The notes under the pieces: model-generated
What the model saw: only the letters and a program-made list of their open reading frames with translations
The model's database searches: none
What the model was told of the DNA's origin: nothing
Made by a program: the position numbers and the translations under genes
DNA from: Haplodiscus bocki
Taxonomy: Eukaryota
Direction: 5' to 3'
Assembly: GCA_965655095.1 (NCBI GenBank)
Contig: OZ296655.1
Coordinates: forward strand, 14,446,001 to 14,510,000
Length of the DNA: 64,000 bases
Shown here: in pieces, positions 35,801-48,800 of the stretch
Layout of the letters: each line of letters begins with the position of its first letter
Position numbering within the stretch: the stretch's first letter is position 1

Positions 35801-38800
35801 TAAAGTAAAAAACCGGACCTATTTGAGAGAACGATTTCCCTTTCACATTCTTAAGAATATGGCGCAAATAAAAATTGTTTATGGAATATTGTTCTGCATC
35901 TTTTGATATGCTTACTCTCCTGAAATGAATGCTGTCTCACCAATACGTACTTTGTCAGTGGATTCTGTTGAAATGGTTAAAGACGGGCTCCTACTTCCAT
36001 TTTCTTTGATTTCACGAGTCTTATTTTTCCTTTAGCGCTGGGAAAGGCCCTGCCATTTTTTTTCTTGCAAACATTCTACTCCTGAAAGAAATGTTGTGCC
36101 TTTTTATCGCAATTACAGCTATGTAGCTGTGTTTGAGAATTAATTTGTTTGCGTGAGGTGGTCTGTTCTGTAATAGGCAATATACTTCAGCGAAAATACA
36201 ATTGTCACTTTCCTCATTTGTTAGTAAGCACTGCACTATATGCTTGTGCTTGGTTCGTCTGTTTTGATGATACATCGTCTTTTTCCTTTATTTTTGTTTT
36301 GTCTAAAATTGTTGTTGTAGCAGCTTCGTCCCTTTTTCGAGCAGCATGAGAAAATTGCTCCCGTTTTCGTCGCCTAAACGGATACTTCTGCGCAATTTTG
36401 GATGCTTCCGAAAAAAAATCACCCATGAAAACAATTGTTACTTTCCTGAGACCAAAAAAAAAACATCACCAATGGTAAACAGTGTACAGTTTGGCATGAT
36501 TTCTTGAAAATGTCTTTGTCAAGCTGGAAGAATCATGCAATGAGACCTGGAGCCTACTACTGCCCTAACAAAACTATATTGAGGATGATCAATGTGATGG
36601 CACTTGCCTACATGCCATGATCAAGAGGATATAATTCAAACGAACTGTTGAAGAATTGTCCGCGAGGAATACGTTTTCTGAAAATGACTTCAATTCTTTC
36701 AATTCTGTGCAGGCGATTCAAAATCCTATTTATGGAGATATAGATCATTAACTGATTAGACCGCTAGAGAATCAGATGCTATCCAAAACACTGCTGGAAT
36801 AAAGCTTGCTGTGATTGAAATTCTGTCGGTGCCGGAGCAGACGCAATAGTCTCCGAGACAAAGTTTTTGCTTTGATTTCTTGTTTTTGTTTTGTTTCATG
36901 AAATGAAAGATAGGCATGAACAAGTGTTACCGATGATTTTTCAGAAGAAATTAGGATTTTTGGTGGTTAGTCTCTTAGCGGGCTTAACTACGGACCAAAG
37001 AATTGTATTGAGATTTTGTGCATCACAGGTTAAATTCACCTCGTTTCGAAATTCCAAAGCTGTTTTGCTGAGCCTATTTGCAATTTCAAGTGTAAAGTTG
37101 GAGTGTTTGTCATTATGTACTGAGAGCATTTGCTTGTCTTCACGACTTATCGTGAAAATAGTTAAGTCTTCCGCAAATTATCGTAAGAGTTTGTGTTTCG
37201 TAGAGGTCAAATTAAACAGGAGAGGAGTACACAATTCGCCCTAGGCAACATTTACAATGAGGTCCGTGAACATTATTTGTTGCGTTGGAATACCGTTGGC
37301 GTTTTAAAACCCCAAACATATCTGCATATTGATCAATGCAGTGACGACTTGTTATTAGTTTTGAATAGCGCCGTTTATGCTACCATATGGTTTTGTTGAT
37401 TGAAACACTTCCTGGGTGATTTTTCCTTCATTCCATTGAATTGCGACTGCCATTTTGATGCTGATAATCGGAAGTGCCGGTTTTTTGATGCAATATGTAT
37501 AAATGTTTTAGGAGTCCAGATTTTGTTACTGGTATCCATGGGACATTTTCTTCTTTGAATTACATATAGACCAAAAGAAGTCGAAGGAATTGTTTTATCT
37601 CTTCTTCAAAATTTAACTTTCGAGTATATTGAGAATTATTGACATGGAATGGAAGAGTTTTTTGGAGATAAACTCTGTAAATGATTTCAGATTCAATTTT
37701 TGTCCCACATCAAATATACCTGACTTGGCAGTGAAGAGTTTTCAGGTTTTTATTGAAAAAAATGGAAACTGTTACTTTTTTTTCATCGAAAAAGTTCCGA
37801 TGGGCGTTTCACCGTAATCAGGAAATGGGACCGTAAAGGTTGATTTGTATTTTCTATCGTAAGCCCTTTCTGTTTGCAACTCATCTTCTCTCAGTTTTTG
37901 AGAAAGAATAGACAAGTAACTGTTGCTGAAGTAACAGGCGGAGAATTCCTGCACAACAACCAGAATACTTTCTTCACGGGAAAAGATTTGGAGCCGGAAA
38001 AAGTGATCAGCCACTGCGTTTTTTTAAAAACCATCTACAAAACTAAAACTCCCACTTCACGAAGGGACGTACGAGAGATTGGCCATTTTTGCTCATTGGA
38101 ACAGTAGGGTTTGTTTTGTTGTCATTCTTTTTCCGTGCAAAGTCCTAAAAACAACTTTGGGATCCTTAACTGCCTGTTGGCTTTGTTGTAGAGGTAGCAG
38201 AACCTATCTTTTGGAACACGTGGCCAGGGGATAATTGAAAAATTCAGAAGATTGCAGTCACCAGTCCAACGTTGTTTTCATTAACGTAATGATGGAAGAT
38301 TTCCCGCCAAAACCCGTTTGACCTCACCCACACACCCCCAACTATCTTTTGATCAAGAACATGACCCCAGGTCGTCAGTTGAAGAGGTCTTTTTATGATT
38401 GATGTTCTCCAGTTGCCAACTAGTACGGTCAAATTGAATCAACTGCGTGATATTGTGACTAGGTTGGCAAAGTATGGAAACCACAGTCAGTGATGAATCC
38501 TTCATTCAGGCGTTGTACCAAGTGAAAGTTTGTAGACCTATGTCAGCTATTGTAACCCCAAAAAAGTTGAAGTATGTTATCGGTAGCGTTCAGCAATCGC
38601 CCAACCGGCCATTCCACTACAAGATGCCAACCAAAATGTTCAACATGAGGTCCGTTCCTATTGCTTTTCTCAAAAAACCTAGAGCTTACGTCCTTTTTGA
38701 AGTCGAAACACAATGGCGATATCAAGAGTGCTCATTTGTGAAAATCTTGTATCAAGTAGCATCCCTCAGAGCCCCAGTTTATTTCATTGTCTATGCTTTA

Positions 38801-39830
38801 GCAACTCTAGTTGACACGCTCGTTCACGTGAAAGCGTTTTACCAACGTGCGTTAAAAACAAGGAAACCTAGGTTGTTTTCCCTCCTAACTAGATTTGTTC
38901 TGGCTGTTCAAGTCTCACTTATTAAAAATCAGTTGTTGTTTTTTAATTTTCGGCCATAGAGTTTTTCCTAAAAGTTGAGAACGTTTTCCAATCAGATAAA
39001 CGTTTTGGGAAAAAGTTTTCCTAAGTTCCTTTTCACCGACTTCTGATGACGTTGTCATTCGTAGGAGATGATTTGATTCTTCCTGTCAGGAAATATTCAT
39101 TTAATTTTCTCTTTCACTTTTCACGAAAAACAAGTAGGAACATTTGATGCGTGAGTCTTTCGGTGCTAAGTTCAATCTGTCAAAAAAGTATGCAAAAGAA
39201 ATCAAGCTATATTTGGGAGTGAACAAAGTTTGTAGGTAAAAACTGTTACTAGTGGCTTCCATTTATACTTTAGACAATTAGAGAAGTCATTTGGACACGA
39301 AAAGTCAGTTGAAAGTTCAATTGTCTCTCTTCATAAAATTGTCGCGGTGATCAAGTTGAAAAACACTTAAAGCTTCAAATCATACATAAAGTAGCTTAAG
39401 CGAATGTGGCAGTGTGTGAAGCTCATTGGTCGATATTGAAACAACAGGCTTTTAGGAACAACTACAAACAGGAAAACGTTTTGCAGCTTTTGAACCTTTC
39501 AAAACTAGCTGTTCAGACATAATAGCGTTTTATATGTCCTTCTTTGGCCTGGTCGTTTCCAGTGATTACCGGAAATCAGTTTTACTCTCAATGGTTTGTT
39601 TTCAGGAAGTCAAATTTACTTGTCAACCTTGGGTGTTATTCTTAAGATTTTCATGCGTGCTATGACGTCACAGAAATTTTCAGTTCTGTAGCCCAAAGCT
39701 GAAACTTGGGAGCCTTTTGTTGTGTGTTTCAAAAATGCGTTTCAATTGGTGTTCACTTGTTTTCTTCAGCAAGAACGGGTTTCTCTAGCGAACAGAACCC
39801 TTTGCACCACTTTGTATTCAGGGTTGTCAG
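32900..39830. mobile_element. Large unknown element, degenerate copy A (left end unresolved)
   Basis: Collinear with copy B: 34740-35000~47780-48030, 36490-37250~48215-49110, 38520-38720~50600-50800 and 39600-39830~51730-51960. Confidence 0.7.
35075..35873 (+). mobile_element. Non-autonomous repeat inserted into copy A (same family as 660-1146)
   Basis: Shares both ends with 660-1146. Four copies of an AGTCGCATTCTAC-like motif, one inverted (~35284, ~35445, ~35575, ~35702). Absent from the matching position of copy B. Confidence 0.7.
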
Positions 39831-39833
39831 TGG
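39807..39833. other. att-like site S1 (left arm interrupted by 9 bp)
   Basis: CCACT[TTGTATTCA]G-GGTTGT-CAGTGG at the junction of copy A and the ~1-kb module. Confidence 0.55.
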
Positions 39834-42800
39834 ACCCGCTGGCGATGGGAAGTAACAATGAAGAAATTACATCATACCGCACCTAGGCTACGGGAAACCG
39901 ATTTCCGATCCTACCAGAAAGAAGATTTTCACTTTTGCATGCTGTTGTAAACTAGCATTAGAAAAGCTTTGTTGAAAAAAAAACTGAAAAAAATTTTTTT
40001 CGTTCGAGGCGGGATTATACGTGATGGAATAATTGTGTTTTTTTCCCTACTTTCAAACTTTCTTCGGCAATGTCCAACGTCATCCCCATACAACTGGTCC
40101 AAAATCTGTGTGCGAGATAAAATAAGTGTGAGCAAACTGTATGCCAAAAAGTATCGGCCGTTTTTTTTCAATTCGGGAGATAGGCGCTGACAATTTCCGG
40201 AAATTTTCGTGAAAAGCGTCTTACCGTCATTTTCGATCACGAAATTCAACTTCTTTCTGTTTTTTCACCTTCGTGAAGGGAGTAATAGCTAAACTTGTAA
40301 TGGAGTGGGATCAATCAAAATTTCCCATCAAGCTGCCAAAAATTGTATGTATTTGGCGGGAGAGAATTAACGGATATGACGGTTTTTTGAAAAAAAAACT
40401 AGGAAGGTTTGCATTCTCAGAATACCGGATAAGTTTTGAATTTTTTCAGCGTAGTCTCAGCAGTTTTTGCTGAAAGTCCGGTCCGACAAGACGTTTAACG
40501 CCCAAGTAGTAATGTTAAACTTTTATGTTGTAATAGGTTTTGAATCAATTTTCAGTAAATTTTTTTTCAGCCAAACTTATACAAATCGTTGCACATGGTG
40601 TCTAGTTCTGATCTGAAAAAGATCGTGAACAGCTGTGATGACCGGAAGCTTTTGTTTTGGTTACGAAAAAGTAATTCGCATGATGACCCAATCGTTAGGC
40701 GTGACTCTGGATTCTACAATTTTTTTATTCTTACATTTTTCCGCTCCAAGTACGATGTCTGGTTACATTAAAGCATGGAGGGTTTCATCAAGCCCCCGTG
40801 TCTTTCATAAAACGTATTATCTAATTCCACTATCTCTTTTGCAAGTTTAGGAAGAACTGTGGGCAATTATATACACTCAATTCAAAATATTTGCTAGAAG
40901 ATTTCTTCTTGTAACATCATTTGTCTTGACCAAATTTGACGTTTTTTTGTTTTCCTTACCATTTCACGCTTGAAAACCAAAACTGTATGAGTTCTTGTAG
41001 AATCACACGTTGTAGCTATTTGGGCGTAACACTTAGAAATGTGTTTTTGTTCTTTATATTGTTTGAAGTAGTTTTTGGTCGGCGTCTCACATGTATTATA
41101 TTGGCGTTCAGCAAAGAATATGTTCCAAGGTTGTTCTGTCTGGTGTCCCACATCAACGATCTTTTTGTTGAAATAAGTTTAGTTTTTTAGTGTAATTGTT
41201 TTTCAAGTACACGAAGTCTCGTTGCAAACTTCCAAGTCTGGTATCTTCGACACTAAACTGGGAATGTCACCTGCGTTGAGGTAGTTAACTTGTTTGTTAA
41301 AGCAAGTACACAAATAGACTGAGTTTTTCGAGTTAATTCGATGCAAATACTATGAAAAATCAATTATGGGGGATTGCATTTATCTTTGGAAATTTTTTTG
41401 AAGAAGTTCAAGTTCATTTCGACAGAATTGTTTCTGTGCAATACGTCTGTTTATTCAAAACTATTCTTTGACTCAGTTTTCTAGACATAGGCGCAGCTGG
41501 TCTTCATAATAAAACTTTTCAATCATCTGATTTTCGGTAAGTGATGAACTATTATTGTAAATTCTGTTAATGGTTTGGTAGTCATTACCATCAGTCTTTT
41601 TCAAAAAAGAAAACTTGCTTATGTGAACGATGTTGGAGAAGTCTTCACATCGAACGTCACATTTGGGTTTTTTTGTTGTTTGTCCCCTCACGGTCATTTC
41701 CAGTTCTAGCGGAAAGGCCGTTAGGGTGAAGTTTCTGTGACTCGCAGATAGTGACTTTTGTTTCTGTTGGGAAGTGGTACAAAATTACAAATCCCTGTCT
41801 TTCGATGAAAAAACATTTGTGTAGAGAACCTAAGAAAAGCGCAAACTTTGCTTGCTTTTTTGACAGTAAAGTCTGCAACTGATTCCGATTATCCTTGGAA
41901 AGGGCAACAGTTGCTGAAGGCTATGTTGATTGGTGAATAACTTCCTCTTCAGCATTCAATACCATGAGTTTTATCTCGAACGTGCCGCATTCAACAATTT
42001 TTTGCACAGACGCCACTTTGATTACAGTTTGCAATGGTTTGGGAAAACCGTTTGTGGGGAAGCTTCTGAACGCACACTGATTGGGTGCCAACCCTTTGAA
42101 AAACTTGCTTCGTCTGCAAACTCATCCTGTTCCAGTTGAGGGCAATTACTTATTCTTCGTTATTGCCAGGTCAATTGGGTCACAGGCTTGGTGCCATCCA
42201 AAACTACTCCATCGTGTTTGTCCAGCTGAACCCTCGTTCCATAATGTTTTTCAATATTGCGAAACACACAAGATGATGGAAATGGTGTGGTGGAGACAAC
42301 TTCAAACATGAACGATTCTTTGAATATTTCTTTAATGTGATGGAATGGTGTGTATAACGTTTGTATATAGATCTGTGGTTTCAACTAAAATTGCGGTGAT
42401 TCATGTTTACAATTGCTGCTCATTGACAAAACTGTGGAATGTTTATAAGTATGCCGGAGATTGTGCCTTGGTGGACGTCCTATCATTTGTTTGATTATTT
42501 TTCAAGCAGTTAACCATTTATAAACGATAGCAGCGTTTTCAGCAGTAATTCCGTTTTCAAAGCGAGTCTCATATCACGGACGCAACAAGAGTTCAACCGA
42601 AATACTATGTCAAGAAGGAATCTTATCTCCGCATCTTTTCATTTAACGCTTGTACTTCAAAATGTAGTGGGTGTTCAGAATTCAAAGTTTTTCCTCATTT
42701 GTGCGATGAAAGTCTCACATCAACCTCTGTAGTACTGAGCAATGTACACAACGACTTTTTGTTGCCCGGCAAAAACTCGTTCAGCGTAGCAAAAGATGAT

Positions 42801-45800
42801 TGAGAAACTAGCGGTACCGAAAAGGCTCCCCTGAGCCCAGCTGTTTCCTCTAAGTTCTTGTCTCGGTCGATTCATTTCACGCAACCGACACACACAACGG
42901 CACAGCCAGAAAGATAACGGAGATTGGAGATTGATAACGTCAGACGACATGAGGACGCCTCAAGTAGATCTTGTATTTTCGCGTCCATTTTATCTGCCGA
43001 CAAAACCCGCGATGGAACTTTGCGCTAAATTTTGTCAGATTTCAATTTCTGTTTTTCCTTTCAAACTGCAAACTCTTGAAAAAAAAGCTAACAAACGCTC
43101 AAGATTTGTTTTGGGACCCATTGTTAAGTGTTTGGATTCCCAAAGTTGTTTCTCTTACAATAACGACGGAAACTCTTAGAGGTATACCTGGTCTTGGGTA
43201 TTTCATTATTTACTAAAAGATCTCACCATTCCAGGTTGTAGTTGAGAAAACTTGTTCTTTTTCTACCTCCTGGATTATGTGACAGTTGGGTTTTGTTTCA
43301 ACAATCGTATCATGGCGTCTGTAAAGTTAATCCAACTGTTCTAGTTAACATAACAAAACAAAGGTACGTTTTTTTGAACAAAGTAAATTCGTGATCTTTC
43401 AATATTTCCGAACGAAACTTGGCCACTGAATGTTATCCAATTTAAAGATGTCACTTTGGATGTTTCTCATTTATTAAAGAAAGGGGTCACATCCGTTTCA
43501 ACATCGGTCACATTGTTAATTGGATTTCTTTTCATTCACATCGTTCATTTCTGATTACTTGAACCTTCTGCGATGTGCCAAAGGCAATTGTTTGAAACCA
43601 ATGAATGTTCTGGATGCGTTTGTTTTTTCGAGCTTTGTCAATGTTAAAGATGCATATGTTATACTTCAAGAACTTGTGTTCATCGTCACAAAGAGGCTCA
43701 CCAGAAATATCTTCAACCGCCTGATCACACGTCAAAGGGACGTCTCAGTTCTGCCACCACTGACAGATTGGCATTTGCTGCTCCAATTTTGCGTGTCTTG
43801 AAAAATGCCGAGCGGATAGGGCTAGACATACTTTCCAGTTACAGAAAAACGCTGATATTGATTCAAGTTTTTTGAGCATTCTGTTGATCTGTAAATGACG
43901 GTGGGGTGTCACGTCATATCTGTCAGTCAAGGCCGAATCCCAATGTGGTTTTCACTGTAGCTAACTTAAGTGCTTTCTGAACAAATTACTGCTCGCCGGC
44001 GAACAGAGTAATTAAATTCAACAAGGTTTTGCAACTGAAACCGATACTGAAGGCTGGACTGTTTGTCTTTTGGCATCAACAATTCTGTCTGTTCTGGATA
44101 TTTGCATCTGTTCAGTAATCCTAGTTTGATTGTTGGAAGACGCCTATTCGCGAAATTCAAGCTGATACGGTTGCTCAGCCTCCAGTTTTTGAGCTCAGAG
44201 AAGTACTTTCTGTTGTCGCGGCCAACGATATTCCTTATCTCTCCTCAGCTATGTTGATCTATTTCTAAGGCAGCTGCTGTGGGTAAAACGACTTTACTTA
44301 TGCTGCATTTTTTGGATTGTGAACTTATCTCGAGGTTCCATTGCTGCAAAAGGAAAACTTGGGATGCTTTGGTCATTAGTGAACTGTCAGAGATACTTAG
44401 TATATTTCCAGAAAACTCATCTTGGTGCCTCGGTTCCAATGCTTAAAAATTTTTTGATAATCTCATTTGGTATGACGTAGTGAGCCGTCAGGACATTTTG
44501 AATGTTTGGGAAGCTCAATAACTTTGTGGTGTAAATGTCAAAGTTCTTCTTACGATTAAGCGAACACACTGGGTTCTAATTTCAAATTTTGATTGAACTT
44601 TCAAATTGCTCAGTCTGTTTTCCCGTTGAAGTTCTTTGTCGATTGAAGTTTACAAGCTCGTCCTAACATTCTTTCAAGGCATGGTGGTTTCGTGCAAGGT
44701 TGTAAGTGGCCAAACAAAAACGTATATTTCCTCAATTGGTGTTTTTGCCTTTCGATATAGCGATTGATTATTTCAAAATTGCCATTGGAACACCTTTGTT
44801 GATTGTTGACACCCGTCTGCCGATGTTGATGGACTGTCGATTTTGAAGCACTGGCAAGTCAATGAAAATTTCTTTGTAAGGAATATTCTCTGCGACTGAC
44901 AATTAGTTCTCTTTCCAATGGTTTCAAAGGCTTTTTGGGTACAAGTTTCCTATTACAATGTCCAGTGAGTGGTTGTTTGACAAATTTTTGCGAATGCTTT
45001 CTAGTGGTGAAAATCAGGAAAAATAGTTTGTTTCTGATGTTAACAAAAAAGTCTGTGTTGAGTTCGCAGCAAATTCACCGCGTGAGTTTAGTCACTTAGA
45101 TGAATGTGGCTTTAGTTTTGCTTCTGTTGAGTCATATAATCGGTCTACTTTTTCTACCAAAACGGTTGCGTCCTTGGAGTTTGTTACGGATGATGAGCTA
45201 ACAGAGGAAGAGCTTAATGAAAGACAGGCAAATAGTGCTAAAAGGTCAAATTTCTGAAAGGAATGCACTGACTCTCAAATCCCACTACATCTTTCAATGA
45301 GTGTTTAATGCGGTTTACTGAAAAGTAGTAAGAGTCTACTGCATGTGTGTCCACTAGACACACAAAAATTTTGGAGAGCATCACCTTGAAGCCACCACCT
45401 ATTTTTGTCCTTTTTCTTCAGCCGGAAGCCATGTTGCTGTTGTCCAGCTTTTGGCGTCAAAACGCAGACGGAAAAAACTCGGCTGCAATTCCTTCTCTTT
45501 TGTACAGAAATCACAAACAAAACGAATTGCTGGACCTCGTAAGCTTAGCAGCATTTGCAAGCGAGCCTGAAAGAGGAGTTTCTGTTGATGCCAACAGATC
45601 TCTGTTACCTCCATAATAGTGTCGACACGTGATTCAACCTACAGCCGAGAAAAATCACTAACAGAGGTTGGAGTGAGACAGCTCGTCTAAGGTGAATGAA
45701 CATGCCATGCGAGAACGGGTCATGTTTTTGATCGACGCGTTCTCAGAAGGAAATCGAAAAATTAGAAAAATCGGTGAAAGAACGGCCGGCAATTTTTTTC

Positions 45801-48800
45801 AACCTACATTTATGAGCAATCGACAAATCCTGGACTGCAAGAGGTATTTTGATGCACTGGACGCAAAGTTACTGCAAGTTTCGTGTAATGAGGATGATCG
45901 AAAATCATCGAGTCAATCTGAATTGGCCACTATGTTGAGAGCGTCAGAGCGAGATTTTTGTCCTGTTATAATTTAAATTGAAACTTCGCCCGAGCAATCA
46001 CTGGGAGATTTAACTAAGATTCTGTATCGATATGAGTTTCAAGATGAAACTACTAGACATCCTGACGTACAGGCTCTGAATTAGACTGCAGGAGATTGTT
46101 GTAGTGAAGCAATGAGATGTAGAGTTTGCTGCTCAATAACAACGTTTCCGGGAAATTCGAAAACATGGGTTGGTTTGCACAATTTTGGTATGGCTGATTT
46201 GAACGAAATACAAGGTCTGTTCCACCTTGACCAATCATACAGCTCTTTCAGAGCTAAGATAAATGACAGAAGAAAACGGACTAACGGAAAAAAATACATG
46301 CTGAATGCTCAAGTAACCTCTTTCTGCGGGCTTTACCAACTAAAGCATTCACAATAACCTGTCGGAGGAAACGATTACAGTTCCAGAGAAAGATGGACTG
46401 GCCGAGTCCAGTGACTTTGATTGTTCTGTCAGCATTGATTGCCGTCATTGTGGTGGCAAGCATGATTATCCAACCAAATTCGACTCACATTATTATCCAA
46501 CAAGCACTCAAGTTTTTGCCTACGACCCAGCTAGCACCAATTTTAGAAACCTGCGTCAATCACACGAGTACCCGATTCTTTGTCAAACTTTTTTGCAGGA
46601 CTGGAGGAATGAAACGCAGTTTCTGTGTGCCGAGTGGAGCACATTTGTTCCACTTCGATGCTGATGAAAAAATGGACAAGGAAAAGGCTAGAATCCACAT
46701 GACCAATACGAGGAAGGCTGCAAAACCTGAAAAAAAACTTTAAATTCTCAATTTTTGAGTCTTGCGGAGTCTGTGAGGTGTCATTGCAAATTCCTTATGT
46801 GATAACGAAAGTTTGATTCAATCACATTGTCTTTGGCTGGTGATAGAAACGGGCTGGAATAGTTATTGAACCGGAAAGCAGACCATCTAGTTCCTTTCAA
46901 TGTACTCTCTTTCGGGATGCAGAGTTCCGTTAGACACAGCAAAGGCTTCACAGAAGGTTAAGAGGGACTGATAATTGATGCAGGAAGGTACATTATTGTT
47001 CTCTCTTGTAAAGTGTGTAACCGAACTCTTCATTTTTTCAGGATCCACTCAGAAATCTGCGTATTTTGAAGCTTTTTTAGTGAATACCTTTTGAGATGCC
47101 AGGATTCCAAAATCATTGGTTTTGTTGATTGTTTCGGGCTTTAAAAATTAAGCTATTATGCAGCTTTGACTACTTTCATACATCGTTTTTTACGATTGCC
47201 TTTTTGTGCATCCATCAAACAGGACAGAGAATTCAGTCGTTTTTCCGTGCTCGACGAACACAGTTTATAGAACATTATAGCATTATAGAACACAGTTTTG
47301 TGGAAGTGAGTAAAAGCAACTTTTCTGACCAACCAGATGCCCAAAAAGAAGTAGTTTTCTTTGTGGAAATGTCAGTGGGGTTAAATTATTGTACCAGTGT
47401 TTAACCGGTTGACCAACATCCACCATGGCGCGTCCTATTAGTTGGGACCCAAACTTACATGAAACGTGCAACTAGATTGACGGTTCCTTGGATGATCAGC
47501 AGAACATAGTGGATTACGTTTCTTCTTTTTACGAACGCAAAGGCCTGAAACGGTTATTGAAAGAGTCTTACACTCATTTTCTGTAATAAATTATGTTCAA
47601 GTTTGTGTGTGGAGTTGCAGTAGAGTAGCTGTTGTGCTGTATCCGCAAATTTATTTCATTTGTCTGGACAGAATAGGATCTCAACGTTTCAGCCAGTGAT
47701 TTTTGAAAAGCACTAATTGAAAAATTTTTTGACTGAACGACACTGTGAAGCGTTTTCCAGGGTACGAATTTTATTTTAAGTCTGTTGAGTGTCCCAGTGA
47801 CCTTGAGTTTATAGACATTAATATTTGAGTCATAACTCTATTCATTGTTCCATACCTGAGGGAAGCAGTTTAGGTTTCGCACTTTTGTTGCGCTGGTTGA
47901 TCAGCAACAACTGGCGTAATTCCTCGGTGGGAATGCTTTTTGCTAGATGAAAGTTTATGAGATTTTTGCCCAGGAATTGCATTATTGACGAATTAGCCTT
48001 TGAACATCAGGAGATAGCGGCTGCCCTATCTGTATTAAATTGTTATGTCTAAGTATGTTGTTGTACAGTAAGGCAAAAATCCCATTTGTTTAATTGCTCT
48101 AAAGCATACTCCTGAGCGGAATTATCTGATTCAGTCAAAAAATTTAACCAAGAAAAACCATTTATTATTTTCTAGAAACCAATGTATTGAACACCAAGGG
48201 TGAGCATGTTATAATTTAGCATGATGCCGTAAAAAACACGTTGTCAAGCGGGAAGAATCACGCAAGGAGTCCTGGAGCCATCTCTTTCCCTAAAAAACAA
48301 ATTTGAGAAAACCCAATGTGATGGCTCTTGCCTACATGGCATGATCAGAATAAAATTAAAACAAACTTTTGAAAAATTGTCTAACGGGAAAAACTTTCCT
48401 TGAAAAAACAATGAGACCTGGAGCCTACTACTGCCCTCAAAATACTATTTTGAGGAGGATCAATGTGATGGCACTTGCCTACATGCCATGATCAAGAGGA
48501 TATAAATCAAACTAACTGTTGAAGAATTGTCCGTTAGGAATACGTTTTCTGAAAATACTTCAATTCTTTCAATTCTGTGCAGGCGATTCAAAATCCTCTT
48601 TATGGAGATATAGATCATTAACTGATTAGACCGCTAGAGAATCCTTTGCTATCCAAAACACTGCTAAGCGGAAGCTTGCAGGACTTGATCTTCCGTCGGT
48701 GCCGGAGCAGACGCAATAATCTCCGAGACAAAGTTTTTGCTTTGATTTCCTGTTTTTGTTTTGTTTCATGAAATGGAAGATAAATAAGCAAAAGTGTTTC

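Noticed and set aside
46393-46743. 116-aa ORF with an N-terminal transmembrane segment (MDWPSPVTLIVLSALIAVIVV)
   Set aside because: Comparison with the homologous copy at ~61320-61500 fits the overlapping frame SDFDCSVSIDCRHCGGKH at least as well, so this call is not supported.
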